A stretch of 64,000 nt of DNA. Source: a virus. Taxonomy: Duplodnaviria; Caudoviricetes. Position numbers and translations under genes: made by a program. Below are positions 18,801-34,054 of the stretch, piece by piece (position 1 is the stretch's first letter; each line of letters starts with the position of its first letter). A model generated the notes under the pieces. It saw only the letters and a list, made by a program, of their open reading frames with translations. It ran no database searches and was not told where the DNA came from. The stretch lies in the IMG/VR virus record IMGVR_UViG_3300046170_000302. One strand, written 5' to 3'.

Positions 18801-21800
18801 CCCATTAACAATGATATCATTACTAATGTCAAGAAAGAAATCTTTATTGATACTGATGTAAATTCTCATCAAGAAATCAGTGTAGAGAAAACTAGGTATA
18901 ACGGTGTTTACAATATTAGTGGTATTGGATCGACCACCTTCAGTTACAATGTTTCTTTAGAACCTGATGTTTCAACGTACAATGTTGAGAATTCAGTGAC
19001 CACATATGAGACCACATCATCTACGGCTCTTGGTCCAATTAGTCGTATCTCGATGTTAGATAATGGTAGTAACTATGATATTATTCCTGGTATCAATACA
19101 GGTAACCACAACACATGGTAGTGGTTGTATTCTTAAACCACAGAGCACTTCTATTGGTAAGATTAAAAGAGTAACTTTCAATTCACAGAACATTGGATTT
19201 GATTATCCAACTGATGAAACTCTAAGACCTATTGCTAACCCACCTGAAATTCTTGAATTAGAATCTCTAACATCATTTGAGTCTATTGGTATTAGTTCTG
19301 GTGGTAGAAATTATCTGAGAGCACCAAGCTTGGTTGTTCTTGATGGATTTACAAGAGAAGTTGTTGGAGATTTAGCTCTTACTTACAGTCTTGGAGATAA
19401 TCAAGTTACTATTCTCCAAAACTCTACAGGAATGTATAATGTATCACCAGAAATAATTCCTGTTGACAATACAAATGGTATTGGTATCGCGTCTCTGACA
19501 TACACCCCATCAACTAGGACTGTCAGACTTTATCTGAACAGTACATTTAGTGATGCTAGTGCATTCCCATATGATGTTGGTAGTAAGATCTTTGTTGAAA
19601 ATTTGAATGTCGGTGTCAATTCTACAGCTAAAGGATATAACTCTGAAAACTATAGTTACCAGTTCTTCACTGTAACTGCTTCAGACTCCAATCTTGGTGG
19701 TGGTCCTGGAGCATATGTTGATTATAGTCTTAAAGAATATCTGAGTGATAGTGATGTTCCCTGGTAATGTGGATTTACCAAATTCATCTGGTAGAGTTAT
19801 TCCTGTCGATCATTTCCCAATCTTCAGTTCTACACTCACAACAAATGATTTCTTTGAAAATGAAGTAATCATGTATAGAGGGAGAAAAACTGGTAGGGTT
19901 GAATCCTGGAATCCAGTTACTGAAATTCCTTAAGGTTGATACTCCTAAAGAGTATGAAGTTGGTCAAATTGTAAAAGGTTTGTCTTCTGACACTCAAGCT
20001 GTTATTAAAACAAAAGTTGATTTTGATGCTGAAATCACTACAGGGTGCTGGTGCAACTATAACTTATGGTTGGCAGAAGAACACAGGTTTCTTGAATGAT
20101 TCCTTACAAAGAATACCCAACAATGAGTATTATCAAACATTCTCATATTCTATCAAATCTAGAGTTCCTTATGACACCTGGGAAGATCCAGTATCTGCAC
20201 TCAATCATATCTCTGGATATAAAGAGTTCTCCGATCTTCAAGTCATTAGTATTGAAGATCAACCGTTGGCTATTGCACAACCTTTTGATTCTGATGTTGA
20301 CACTACTACCGATATTGTTGGTAGAGCGAGTCTCCACTGTTTCTATGATTTTGATTATGTAACTGAGAGTAACAATATTATAAATGGTGTTCTGTCCTCT
20401 GATGAAATTTTCTTTGAGAATAGAATTCTCTCAGATTACTTCCAATCTGTTGGTAACAGAGTTCTTGATATTGATGACTTTAGTGGTGAGTTCTTCAGTA
20501 ATGAAAGACCTACTAAGTATAGTGATATTGATGCATTTGAGTTCAATGACATCTATAACAAAATATTCACATTTGTAAGAGATAGAATCTTTACAGATGA
20601 GAGACAGTTCTCTATTGTTTCACTGATTCAAAGTGAAAGTATTGGATATATGCAACAATATGCAACAATAGAAACATATCCAGAACTTGGATACTTTGAT
20701 TACTTCTCAACTGCTGATGGTTGGAATCTTCAGTTCCACCCTGTAAAGTTTGCGAACAACACATATGACACATCTACTATTTCTATCAGTATCAAGGACA
20801 ATATAACCTCTATTGGTAGTAGTAATATTGGTAGTGTTGCTCTTGTAGATACTAATAGAGAAACAACACCTAATAATACATTAGAAACTATTGTATCTGT
20901 ATCATCTACTTTCAGATCCGTTAAAGCTCTTGTACTTCAAGAAGACGAGAACGGCGAATATGCATCTAATGAGTTTAACCTGATCCACGATGGAACTGAT
21001 GTTCATATGGTGGAATATGGTGAGATGCAAACCAAACCTGGTTCATACTCATCTACTGGATTTGGCACTTTTGGATCCAAATTGTCTGGTGGTAATATTA
21101 TTCTCGAATATACACCAAATGTCGGAACAGCAGTTACAACAAATACTTCTATTGTAGCTATATCTGACTCTGCAACTGGTATCTCTTCACTAACATTCCA
21201 AGAATCCAGATTGAACTCTGGATTTAAGAATATTGCATCTTCTGGATCACCATCAGCTAATACAATCCTTCAGTTTGAGGAGCCATACTCGACTGGTTAT
21301 TATGTTGTATCTGTTAAAGATACAACTAACTCTCAGTATGAGATGTTTGAAGTTTGTGTTATCGCTTCTGAATCGAATCACGGTTTTGTAGAGTTTGCAA
21401 ACATCCGTACTGGTAATAGTATTGGTCAGATCGGATTCACAACAACTGGTAAGTATAGAAACTTAACTTATACACCCAATGCAAGTACAGCTGTTCAAGT
21501 CAGAACATTTGGTATTGAACAAAAAATCTATGACGCTGATATAAGTGCTCCAACCAATTTAGATCTGAACAATGTTGATATTAAATCAGATACAGGATTG
21601 TATAGGGGTACTAAGCTTGATCTAAGAACTGCATTTGATCTAAAACACGATGGTCTTCCAATCTTCCAGAGACAATTTGCTGGCAATAACTCGACCACAT
21701 TTGATTTTGATCAGAATACACTGTTCCTCAAAGAACACTTCTTTGTCACTGGTGAAAATGTTACCTACTCTTATGCTGGCAATGAAACAGAACAGGCTAT

Positions 21801-24800
21801 TGGAATTGCTGCAACTAGTGTAGCTGGTATTGGTGTTACTAACAAACTTCCTAGAGATTTGTTTGTTGTTAAGATTGGAGATGGTAGTGTCAGATTTGCA
21901 GAAAGTGCAGAGAAGGCACTAAGATTGAATCCAGAGGTATTCCAGTTTACCTCAGTTGGTATCGGAACCTCTCATAACATCACAGCTAAGAAACAGAACT
22001 CCAAGGCTCTGATAGCTGTTGATAATATGATTCAGGCTCCTCTATCTGAAACAAAAATCGTAACATCTCTCAATGATAATATTGTATTTGATTCTATATT
22101 CCCAACCACTGGTATAACGTCTATTGCTGCAGCTGATCTGATCAAGATTGGCAATGAAGTGATGCGTGTTGTCTCTGTTGGTGTTGCTGGAGCCGGAAAT
22201 CTGACTGTTCAGAGAGGACAACTTGGAACAAACTTACAACCTCATGGTGTTGGATCTACTATCACTAAAATGAGTGGTACTTATAATATTGTTGGAAGTA
22301 CTCTGAACTTCGTCTCTCCACCATATGGAGCTATCCCACTCTCCACTACATCAGGTTCACCTTCTGAGAGAGACTATACTGGTTTGACTACACATTCTAC
22401 TTTCCAAGGTAGAACCTTTATGAGAACCTGCTCCTGTCAATACTGACAAAGAGACATATTTCGCTAACCACTGTATTTGATGATGTATCAAATAATTTCA
22501 CTGGTCTTAGAAGTGAGTTTAGACTTACTAGTGAAGGTCAGAATACCACAGGTTTCTCAACAGATAACGCTATTATTCTAATCAACAATATCTTCCAGGA
22601 ACCACAAGGTGCTCAGGCAAATCAAGGAACCTATGATCTTTCTGAAACTGCTTCTGGCATTTCTTCAATCAGATTTGAAGAGAGTGGAGCAGCTTTTGGT
22701 TATGATCCTAATAGAAGTAATCTTCCTATTGGTGGTTTTATTGTTTCTATTGGATCCACAGAAGGTGGTGGATATCAACCTTTGATTGGAGCTGGTGGTA
22801 CAGTTACTGTATCTACAGCTGGAACAATTACCTCTGTAAGTATTGGTAACTCTGGATCTGGTTATAGATCAGGACTGGGAACAGTATTTGTTGGTGTTCA
22901 AACTTCTAGTATCGGAACTCCCAATATTCAAATTATTGGTAAAGCTACTGTATCTGGTGGTAATGTTACTAGTGTAACAATTACTAACCCTGGATCTGGT
23001 TATACCTCAACAAACTTACCTGAACTTGTAATTGATGATCCTGCTTCATATACAAACATCCCTCTGGTCTACAGTGGAAGTTCTGTACAAGGTGTTCGGT
23101 CAATCCGCGACTATCGATATTCAAGTTGGAGCTGGTGGTAGTGTTGTTGATTATCAACTGAAACAGGAAGGTTTCGCTTATGGTAATGGTGAGATTCTAA
23201 CTGTTCCTGTTGGTGGAGCAACTGGTATTCCTACAAGTGGAACACTTAAGTGAGTTCCAGATTACTGTTGATGAAATCTATCAAGATGATTTTAATGGTT
23301 TCTCTATTGGACAACTTCAGGTTCTCGATAACTTTGATTCACAGTTTGATGGTTTAAGTAGAAGTTTTAGATTATCAGTTAATGATGTTGCACTTTCAAT
23401 TCAATCAGCACCTGGATCACCTATTGAAGTTGACAAAACACTATTGATCTTTCATTAATGATGTTCTTCAACAACCAGAAGTTGCATATAACTTTACTGG
23501 TGGTGGTACAGTTCAGTTCGTTGAACCACCAGAACCTGGTGATAGTTCAAAGTACTATTCTACAAGGGTAGTGGAGATGTTGATGTTGTATTCACTGATA
23601 TTCTGGAAACAGTTAAAACTGGTGATACATTAGATATCAACAATAATCCAGAACAGGGACAGGGAACTGGATTGGATGAAGATGTGAGAACTGTTGTTGG
23701 TATTAATACTATTGATAGTGTTCAAACCACTACCTATAGTGGTCCTGGTGTTACTAATGATACAACTCTCAGTAGACCTCTGACATGGTGTAAGCAACAG
23801 ATTGATAAGATCATTAATGGACAGGAAATAGGTAAGGATAGAGTTGAATACGAACCTCTGATTTATCCAACTTCTTATCTAATTCAACCAATCAGTTTGG
23901 CTTCAACAATTGCTTATGTTGATAGCGTAAGACCTCTCTTCAATACTTATACTGAGTCAGGTGATAGAGATTTCCAGAACAATATCAAGATTTTATCTCA
24001 GGATACTTCAGTTCAGCAGTTGCTACAGCTAGTGTTTCTGGACTTGGAACTGTCTCTATTAATATAACCAACGTTGGTTCTGGATACACTGTGGCTCCAA
24101 CACTGAGTATCGCTAATCCTTCTGACGGAACAAGGGCAACAGGAACACTCACATTATCAGGTGGTAGTGTTGGTGTTGTAACTATTACCAATCCTGGAAC
24201 TGGTTATACAAATACCAATCCACCTTTGGTCCTTGTTTCTGAACCAATTCTTACAAGAGAAGAAATTGAAGTTGATAGTTACACAGGTGATTATGGAAAT
24301 ATCGTTGGTTTGGGAACTACTTCCACTGGTTCTCAACATCAACTTTACTTCGATCTCTATATTCCGGTTCAATCATTCATGAGAGACGCTGAGTATGTTG
24401 GATCAAGTGTCACTATTAGTTCTATCTCAACTAATGATTACTTAACTATCTTTAATACGAATGTTTCTATCGCTGATACATTTGCTTCACAGGATGGATC
24501 AGGATCTACCATTGGTATTGGAACTACTTCTGTTGATAATGTTTACAAGGTCATCTCTTCACAAAGAAGAGATCAGAATGTCGGTGGTATCGGTGTTACG
24601 GCTATTCAAAGAATTACCGTGAATGTTGATAAACCTGGAACATTCGGTTTTGAATCCCAATCTGAGATGGGCAATTACAGTTGGGGTAAGATTCAATTCG
24701 GTGGTAGATCTAAACCACTTACTTTTAACTTCTACGGAAATAATGGAGTTAGTGGAATTTCTACTGGTGGATTGGTGTCCAGATTTGAACCTCTGAAATT

Positions 24801-24819
24801 CAGAGATTATACAGCATAA
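12815..24819 (+). CDS. gp7: Giant baseplate wedge initiator gp7-like protein (~4000 aa), split by about 14 single-base indels
   Basis: N-terminal ..QDIVESQFP..FIKQYYKSQEYQGG..FYKSKGTDQSFKILFRALYG, then a contiguous chain of ORFs 12815-16102, 16227-17822, 17806-18096, 18153-19121, 19063-19767, 20017-22446, 22782-23141 etc. to 24091-24819. Contains HSPILGWAYDGNPIYGPYG and NEYYQTFSYSIKS motifs; lies between gp6 and gp8. Confidence 0.8.
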
Positions 24820-24824
24820 ACCAC

Positions 24825-24832
24825 TATAAATA
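24825..24832 (+). promoter_or_regulatory. T4-type late promoter
   Basis: TATAAATA 18 nt before the gp8 ATG. Confidence 0.8.
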
Positions 24833-24850
24833 ACAAAAAGTCCTCCCAAA

Positions 24851-26409
24851 ATGGCTGCAATAATTACTGATCAACTTCGTATCTTAAATGCGAAGAATTT
24901 TGTGGCTGGTGTTCAGACCAGCTCTAATTCTTACTATGCATTTATTGGACTTCCTAACCCAGAAGATTATCAATCTGATTGGGATACTAGTCCCCCTGCT
25001 CCGAAGGATAGTTTGGATCAGGCTAATGATTATTGGGATACAATGTTGGCGATGAAGAAGATTAACTCTTCTGATGTCAGTCAGGTTGTAAGAAAAACTC
25101 AGTGGGCTTCAGGTATCACTTATGATATGTGGAGAAATGATATCACTCGTAATAACCCATCACAACCATCGGGTTCATTTGATATCTATTCCGCAAACTA
25201 CTATGTTATGAACTCTGACTTCAGAGTTTATATCTGTTTGTATAATAACGCCACTCCAGAAAATAACTTTGTGGGTGGACCTTCATTGGATGAACCAACA
25301 TTCACCGATCTGGAACCTAGGGAGGCAGGTAACAGTGGTGATGGTTATATTTGGAAGTATTTGTATACAATCAAACCAAGTCAAGCTATTAAGTTTGATT
25401 CAACTAATTACATTCCTGTTCCTAATAACTGGGAAACAAGTACAGATGATGCACCTGTAAGACAGAACGCACCATCAAGTGGTCAACTCAAAGTTGTAAC
25501 CATTAAAAATCGTGGTGTTGGTATGGGAACTGCTAACTCAACATATACAAGAGTTCCTATTCTTGGTGATGGATTTGGTGCAGAAGCAACTATCGTTATT
25601 AACAATGATTCTAAAGTTGAAACTATCACCGTATCAAAAGGTGGAGAAGGATATTCATATGGAACTGTTGATCTGATAGCAGGCAATGTTCCTACTGGAA
25701 CAACTTCACCAATATTCAATGTAATTGTTCCACCAGCAGGTGGTCATGGATCTGACATCTATCGTGAGTTAGGTGCATATAATGTACTCACATATGCTAG
25801 ATTTGAGAATGATACTGAGAACCCTGATTTCATCACAGGTAACCAGTTTGCTCGTGTTGGAATGATTGAGAATCCAACATCATATAACTCATCTTCAATC
25901 CTAACACTTGATAAGGCTAGTGCACTTTATGCACTGAGACTTACTGGTATTGGTTATAGTTCAGCAGTATTTACAGCTGACTCGACTATCACACAAACTG
26001 TTGGACTTGGTTCTACAGCTGTTGGTAGGGTTGTGTCATATGATCAAGTCACAGGTGTTCTGAAGTATTGGCAGGATAGAACAAACTCAGGTTTTAGTTC
26101 TGATGGTACTCTTGATGCATCTCCAGTCTATGGATTTAGATCAAACAAATTTACCTCAAATATTACTGGTGGTGGTAGTCTCACCTATTACGTGGTGGTT
26201 CAGTCAGTTTGGGTATTAACACCGCATTCCAAGGTGTCTCAACGGTTCTAAATAGTCGTACCTACTATCTGGGTCAGAATTTCGTAAATGGGTTAGCAAA
26301 TCCAGAGAGTCAAAAGTTCTCGGGTGATATCATTTACGTTGATAACAGACCTTCAGTTACGAGGTCTTCATCACAGAAAGAAGACGTTAAAATTATCTTG
26401 CAGTTCTAA
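24851..26409 (+). CDS. gp8: Baseplate wedge protein gp8; indels near 26185
   Basis: MAAIITDQLRILNAKNFV..YYVMNSDFRVYICL..DGYIWKYLYTI..; C-terminus SGDIIYVDNRPSVTRSSSQKEDVKIILQF. Confidence 0.9.
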
Positions 26410-26415
26410 GAAATC

Positions 26416-29400
26416 ATGCCCCAGGAAACTAATCTTAATGTAGCTCCTTATTTTGACGACTTTGATCCGCAAAGTAACTACTATAAGGTTCTATTCAAAC
26501 CAGCATACCCAGTTCAAGCTAGAGAACTGAACAATCTTCAATCGATTCTTCAGAATCAGGTTGAGGATATGGGTCAGCACTTCTTTAAGGAAGGTGCTAA
26601 AGTTATTCCAGGACAATTGTCATACTTGAGTAGTTATTATGCTATTCAGATTGAACCTGAGTATTTGGGAATTCCTGTTTCTTTATATCTAGATCAACTT
26701 GTTGGTAAGTTGGTTGTTGGACAACAGTCTGGTGTGACTGGAAGAGTAAGTTCATATATTACAAACGAAGAATCGGAGAGAGGAAACTATACTCTCTACG
26801 TTGACTACTTTGAATCGTCAACAACTGATGCTGCAACACAAACATTCTTTGATGATGAAGTTCTCGTAACCACAGAGAATATCACTTTTGCAACTACCTT
26901 CATTGGAGCTAATGAGGGTTTTGCTAAGGCATTGACTGTAAATGCTAATGCTATTGGTAGTGCATTTGCACTGAGTAATGGTGTATATTTCTTAAGAGGG
27001 CACTTTGTAGATGTATTTGATCAGATTCTGATTCTTGATCAATATAATAACAAACCAACTTATAGAATTGGTTTGAATGTTGCTGAAAGTATTGTATCTT
27101 CTGATGAGGATCCTACACTCACAGATAACGCACAAGGATTTAATAACTATACAGCACCTGGTGCTGATAGATTTAAGATTTCTGCCACACTTTTCAAAAA
27201 AGGATCTGATGATTTTGATGATCAGAACTTTGTTCAGTTGGCTGAAGTTCAGAATGGTATTCTAAGAGAAATCAATAGTGGAACAGATTACAATATCCTA
27301 GGTGATGAGTTAGCTAGAAGAACATTTGATGAATCTGGTCATTATTACGTTCGTGACTTCCTTACTACCGTTCACGACAGTTTGAATAATGGATATGGAA
27401 ATAGAGGTATTTACAACTCTAATCAGGTAACACTTCAGGGAAATACTCCTAGTGATGATCTTGGCATCTACAAGATCTCTCCAGGTAAAGCTTATGTTAG
27501 AGGATATGAGGTAGAAGTTAGAGGACCAACTTTCCTTGATTTTGAAAAACCCAGAACTACTAAGCTCAGAGAAGGTAGTTCGATTCAATTTTCCTTTGGT
27601 CCATCATTCCAAGTCAATAGAGCCTTTGGTTCTCCTGTTCTTGGGTTTGATACCAGTAATGTTATCAGTCTCAGAGATACTAGAGTTGGGGATGATCCTA
27701 CAGTTACTCCTGGTAAAGAAATTGGTGTCGCTAGATTCTACGATGCAGCTCTAGAATCTGGTTCATATGACAATGTATATCCTAATACCAATAGATGGGA
27801 TGTTTCCCTGTTTGATTTGCAAGTCTACACTGAATTAGAACTCAATGAGGCTGCAACTTTAACCACTCCAACCTTTCATTGAAGGTAAGTCTAGTGGTGC
27901 AACAGCTTATTTGAGACATCCCTATCAGTGCTGGAACAGCTCTTACCGCATATTGTGTTCAGGGTGACTTCTTCACTGGCGAAAAACTAGAATTTAATGG
28001 TGTTTCTGATAATTCCAGAAGTACAGTAGATGTTCATAACTTTGAAATCTCTGATGTTCAGTCACTTTATACACTTGTAGGTGCTGCTGGTACATATACA
28101 GCTGATATTATTCCTCAGGTAAGCTGAAGTAATTGGTATTGCATCAATCACAGCTCACCATAGTGGTATTTCGACCTATAAATTCACCAGGAACAGCATG
28201 GCCTGGTATTGTTACTACTGGAAATCTTGTTCAGTTCTCTATTCCAACTAATGATTTCCCAAGTTTTGCTAGAGTTACACAGGTAAATACCAATTCTATC
28301 CAAGTTAGTGGTGTTACTACTATTACAGCCTTATCGTGAGGGTGGTCTTCCTACTACTTTGACTACAGTCAGTGACTTTCTCAGTTGTTAAGAGTAGTCT
28401 TCAGAGAACAAGTGGAGGCAATTCAGCTGATAATGAGTCACTTTTCAGTTTGATGCCTCATTTGAACATGAATCCACTAATCTGGATAACTGCGAACCTC
28501 GTATTAGAAAGGGATTTAGTGTAAATATTACAAATAACTCAACTGGAGCTATTGCGGCTGGTGCAAATGAAGTATTCTTACCTTTCGATGAAGAAAGATA
28601 TACTTTAGTTCGTTCTGATGGTTCTATTGAAGTATTGACTCAAGATAGGTTTGTATTCTCCTCTGGTTTAACTCAACTTACGATTAATGGTCTGGGTTCT
28701 AACAATACTGGAGCTCAACTAACAGCTACTTTGAGAAAATCGAAAGTAAAGGCTAAAGTAAAAACCAAAAAAGTAGCAGAATCTGTTATTATCTCAAAAT
28801 CCAGACAAGTTGGTTCTGGAACTAACGTCAATACTCTTAATGATGGGCTAACTTATGGTAATTTTCCGTTTGGAACTAGAGTTCAGGACTCTATCATCTC
28901 TTTAGGTACTCCTGGTGTTGTCATTCTCTATGGTGTATTTGAATCACTGGACGGAAACGATCCAGAAGCACCAAGTATGACAACTGCGTCACTTGATGGT
29001 CCAAATAATACAACAAATGATCTAATTATTGGTGAAGAGGTTGTTGGTACTATCAGTGGAACTAGAGCTAAGTATATTAACAAGAAATCTGATACAAGTA
29101 TCAACTTTGTTTACGAAACTGGTTCAAAGTTTGAAACTGGTGAAATTATTAACTTTATTGATTCTGGTGTAAGTGCAATTGTATCTAATTTGGCGCTCAA
29201 TAGTACAAATGTGTCCATAAACTATTCACTTCAGGGTGGACAGAGAAAAACCATTTATGATTTCTCAAGACTTGTAAGAAAAGGAGGTTCAGTTCCAACA
29301 AGAAAATTGAGAGCATATTATCTTTCTGCTGAGTATGATGCATCAGATACTGGTGATATTACTTTGGTTGATTCATATAATGCTTTTAAATATGATTCTG

Positions 29401-32400
29401 AAGTTCCAATGTTTGGTGGAATTAGACTAACAGATATGATTGATGCTAGACCAATAGTATCTAAGTACTCTGGTGGTGCTGGTGATAGATCTCCTCTTGA
29501 ATTTTATGGTAGAAACTTTAATGGTGGACAACATAGTTCTAAGAACGTTATCGCATCTGACGAATCTATTTCTTTGGATTATAATTATTACTTACCCAGA
29601 GTTGATAGAATTTATCTGAATAAAGATGGTAAGTTGACCATCAAGAAAGGAGCTCCTGCTGATAACCCTTCTCCCCCAGATGAAGTATCAGGTGCAATGA
29701 ATCTGGCTAACGTATATCTTCCACCTTATCTCTATAGCCCCCCAAACACGCAAAAGTTACTTTCATTCAACATAAGAGATATCAGATGTCTGATATCGCG
29801 AAGATTGAACAAAGAGTTAAGAGTCTTGAATATTACACCTCATTGAATCAACTGGAGAGTGCGACTATTAACCAGTTTGTTCCAGACGCTAATGGTTTGA
29901 ATAGATTTAAGTCTGGTGTATTTGTTGACAACTTCACAAGTCTTGAAGCTCAAGATACTGCAGTTGGTATAAGAAATAGTGTTGACAGAAAGAATAAAGT
30001 TCTTAGACCTTCTCACTTTACTACATTTCTTAATCTAGAACTTGGTAATACTACAATTGCAGGTATAGGTACAACCAATGCACCCAATCAGGATGTAAGA
30101 TTTGCTGATGTTCTTGGAACTAATGTAAAGAGAGGTGGTCAGATGATCACTCTTGATTACACTGAAACGTCTTGGTTGAGACAACCCTTCGCTACAAGAG
30201 TTGAGAGTGTTACTCCTTTCCTTGTCAAATTTTGGGAAGGTTCATTGAGATTTGAACCTGATGTTGATGTTTGGATTGATGTTAATCAATTAGAACTTCG
30301 TGATGTTCTTCAAGAAGGATCATTCTTGGGTGTTGCTGAATCACTAGGAGCTGATATTACTACAGCTGCTGATGGATCACGATCTGGTATCACACCTATT
30401 ATTTGGCAGTCATGGGAAACTATGGGTGTTGATGTAAGTTTTGACCTGGGTTCTTCACAATCCACAGAAGATCATACTGCATTCCGAAAAGGAACTGCCA
30501 GTGAGTTCGTTACGATGTATGGAATGATGGACGGCAATAAGAAGGGCAGAACCTTACAGGATAATTTGAATACCATGCAGAAGCCAAGGCATGGAGGTCT
30601 TGTTCCAAAAGGTTTTGCTGTAGAAGAAGAATATCAAACAACCACAACCACAATCACCGGCACAGTTGGTGTCGATTTAAGTCAACAGAGAAAAGGTAAA
30701 CAACATACTGTCAACGAACAGATTGATACTGAATCACTTGGTGATCGTATCGTATCTCGTGAAGTTATTCAGTTCATGAGAGCTCGTAATATTGAATTCA
30801 CATCTACTAGATTGAAACCTTTCACTGAAGTGTATCCATTCTTTGATAATGTGGATGTTGAAAGGTTCTGTATGCCTAAGTTGGTAGAGATTGAAATGGT
30901 CTCTGGAACTTTCCAGGTTGAAGAAGCTATCGCTGGTATCATGCCATCTGAAGAGAATACTGAGAATGATCTCACATCTTCGAAAGCATCGATTGTAGCT
31001 AGAGTTGCTACTACAAACCACAAGTATGGTCCTTACAATAGACCAACAGATATCTTTGAGAGAAACCCATATAACAGAGAGGAGAGAATTCCCGAAACAT
31101 ACTCCGAAACTTCTACAGTTCTGAATATTGATACTTTTAGTTTGGCTGATGATAACTCTCCTGAGTTTCAAGGTTTTATTGCACCTAACATGATTCTCAG
31201 AGGTGTTAATAGTAACGCTGAGGCTAAAGTAACTGCAGTTAGATTGATTAGTGATCGTTTGGGAACATTGATTGGTTCTTTCAGAGTTCCAGCTTCTAGT
31301 GATCCAGCTAACCCAATCTTTGAAACTGGTAGATCCAGATTGAGACTGAGTAGTTCACCTATTGATAGTCGTGTTCCTGGTGTCATTACAACTGCAGCAG
31401 AAGAAATCTTCTACTCACAAGGTGATATGGACAATACTCAGGAAGTTACACTTTCTCTGAGAAATGCTAGAGTTGAAACTGATGATAGTTTCCTCGAAAC
31501 TAGAACTATTGGTGATTCTGCTACTGCATCTACATCATTTGAATCAGGTTCTACTCAAGGTAATGGTAGACTAACTGGTGAGTATAGTGACCCTCTTGCA
31601 CAGTCTTTTATTGTTGATGATCCAACTGGTATTTACTTGACCAGTATGGATATTTACTTTGAAAGAGTTCCTCAAGAGAATAGTGTTCCTGTTACTGTTC
31701 AAATTCGTGAAGTTGAACTTGGTACTCCTTCTCAAAAAATCTTGGCATACTCTGAAGTATCTAAAGGTCCAGAAGAAATTACAGTATCTGATAACGCTAG
31801 TGTTGCTACTAAATTCACATTTGAATCTCCTGTTTATCTGAATGGACAGAGAGAATATGCAATGATTATTCTTTCTAACTCCACAGAATACGCTGTATGG
31901 ATCTCTAGACTTGGTGAGTCTGATGTATCCACATTGGGTAGGGAAGAAGGACAAATTCTTGTTTCTACACAGAGACTTCTGGGTTCATTGTATAAGTCAC
32001 AGAACGCTTCTGTGTGGACACCTTCACAGTATGAAGATCTTACCTTCCAACTGTTTAGAGCTGACTTTGTTCCTAATGGTTCTGTTCAGTTCTTCAATCC
32101 AGCACCTCCCGCTGAATATGAGGTAATGAAACCTAACCCACTCTCGATGACTTCAAACACCGTCAGAGTCGGACTGGGAACTACTGTTGTAGATACTGGT
32201 ATTTCTGATGGTAACTTGATTACACAGGTTGGTAGTGAAGCTAGTGGTAGATTTGTTGGATTAGCTGGTTCAGTTACCAGTACACTAACACTTACGAATG
32301 TTGGTACTGGTTTTACACCCTCCTCTGGTAGTCACTATACCTTTACTGGTATAGCACTTACTAGTTTGACCGGTAATGGTATTAACGCAACCGCAGACAT

Positions 32401-34054
32401 TACGATTCAAAATGGTGTAGCTATTGGAGCTACTATTGTTAATGGTGGTAAAGGATATGCACTTGGTGATATTCTACAACCTATCAGTATTGGCAATCTT
32501 TCACTTGGTGAAGGTATGAAACTTTCTGTAAATGATATTTACGGAGAGAATGAGTTAGTTATCGAAGGTGTTCAGGGCACATTCTCTACTGGTGTAAATG
32601 ATGGTCTTCTCTATACCAACAATAGTGGTGTAACTACGGCTCTCAACTATCCTGGAGTTGTTGCTCCAGTATCACCTATTAGAGAAGTTAGTGATGGTCT
32701 TCACTTTAAAGTATTCCACAGAAATCACGGGATGCACGCAACTGGTAACGTTGTAACTCTTAGTGGATTGAATACTAAAACAAAACCAACTACACTAACT
32801 GCTGAGTATTCACTCACAGCTACTACGCCTATCTCAATTGCTAGTTCTATCTCACCAACCAACTTCGGTGAGTTTGAGGGTATTGGAGTTGGGGCAACTA
32901 ACCCTGGATATGTGAAGATTGGTAGTGAGGTTATCAAGTATACTGGAGTGGCTGGAAACACCCTCACAGGTATCACTAGAGGTATCGATACCACACAGGT
33001 TGGTAGACACACTGTAAACAACCTTGTTTATAAGTATGAACTCAATGGTGTGTCACTGAGAAGGATCAACAGAACTCACAACCTCAACGAAACTACCAAT
33101 AACGAAAGAATTACTCTTGATACTTATGATCTCAAACTTGATATGAGTGATACTGATATTGGAGTAAATCGTAGTGGATCTGGACTGAAAAAACTCTTCT
33201 TCAACGAAACCATCGAAGGTGGTGGTCCTACTGGCAAGGCAACATACAATATTCCTTTTGAGATGATCATTCCTAAAATCAACACCATGGAACCAACAGG
33301 TACTAATATCTCACCTTCTGTTAGGACAACTAGTGGCACATCTGTATCAGGAGATGAACCATCATTCGTTGATAAAGGATTTAATGAAGTTTCCTTGAGG
33401 CAGGAAAACTTCTTCTCCGAACCAAGAATTGTGGCTTCTGGTGTTAATGAAAATCTTTATCTGGATGAACTTCCTGGCAATAAGTCATTCACAATGAACT
33501 TGGATCTAATCACTGATGATACAAGAATTTCACCAGCTGTTGATATTAATCAAGCTTCTGTTGTCTTTACTACAAATAGAATTGATGAACCCATTACAGA
33601 TTACGCTACTGATCCTAGAGTAAATTCTACAACAAACGATCCTAATAGATTCTTCTATGTGACTAAGAATGTGGCTCTTGAGAATCCAGCATCTGCTCTA
33701 CAAGTGTTCTTAGATGGATATGTACCACTTGAATCGGATTTGAGATGTTTCTACGCACTCAATCAAGATGGACCTGTTGATAATGTAATCTTTGTTCCTT
33801 TCCCTGGTTTTGGAAACTTTAATCCAAATGGAACTATTCTAAGTCAAGGAAATAGTAATGGAAATCCTGATCTAAATGTACCCAAAGTTGATCTTGTTAC
33901 TCCCAAACCTAATATTAGTGCTTATAAAGAATACAAGTTTAGTGTAGATCAACTATCACCTTTCAAATCATTTAGGATTAAGGTAATTGGTACTTCTAGG
34001 AATCAAGCAACTGTTCCAATGATTAGAAACTTCAGAGCGATTTCACTAGCATAA
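26416..34054 (+). CDS. VrlC-like (DUF4815-type) large baseplate/tail structural protein (~2540 aa); several indels
   Basis: MPQETNLNVAPYFDDF..VLFKPAYPVQARELNNLQSILQNQ; LARRTFDESGHY; the frame upstream of 29786 reads FIQHKRYQMSDIAKIEQRVKSLEYYTSL, linking 28635-29846 to 29786-34054; DPLAQSF motif. Confidence 0.8.
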
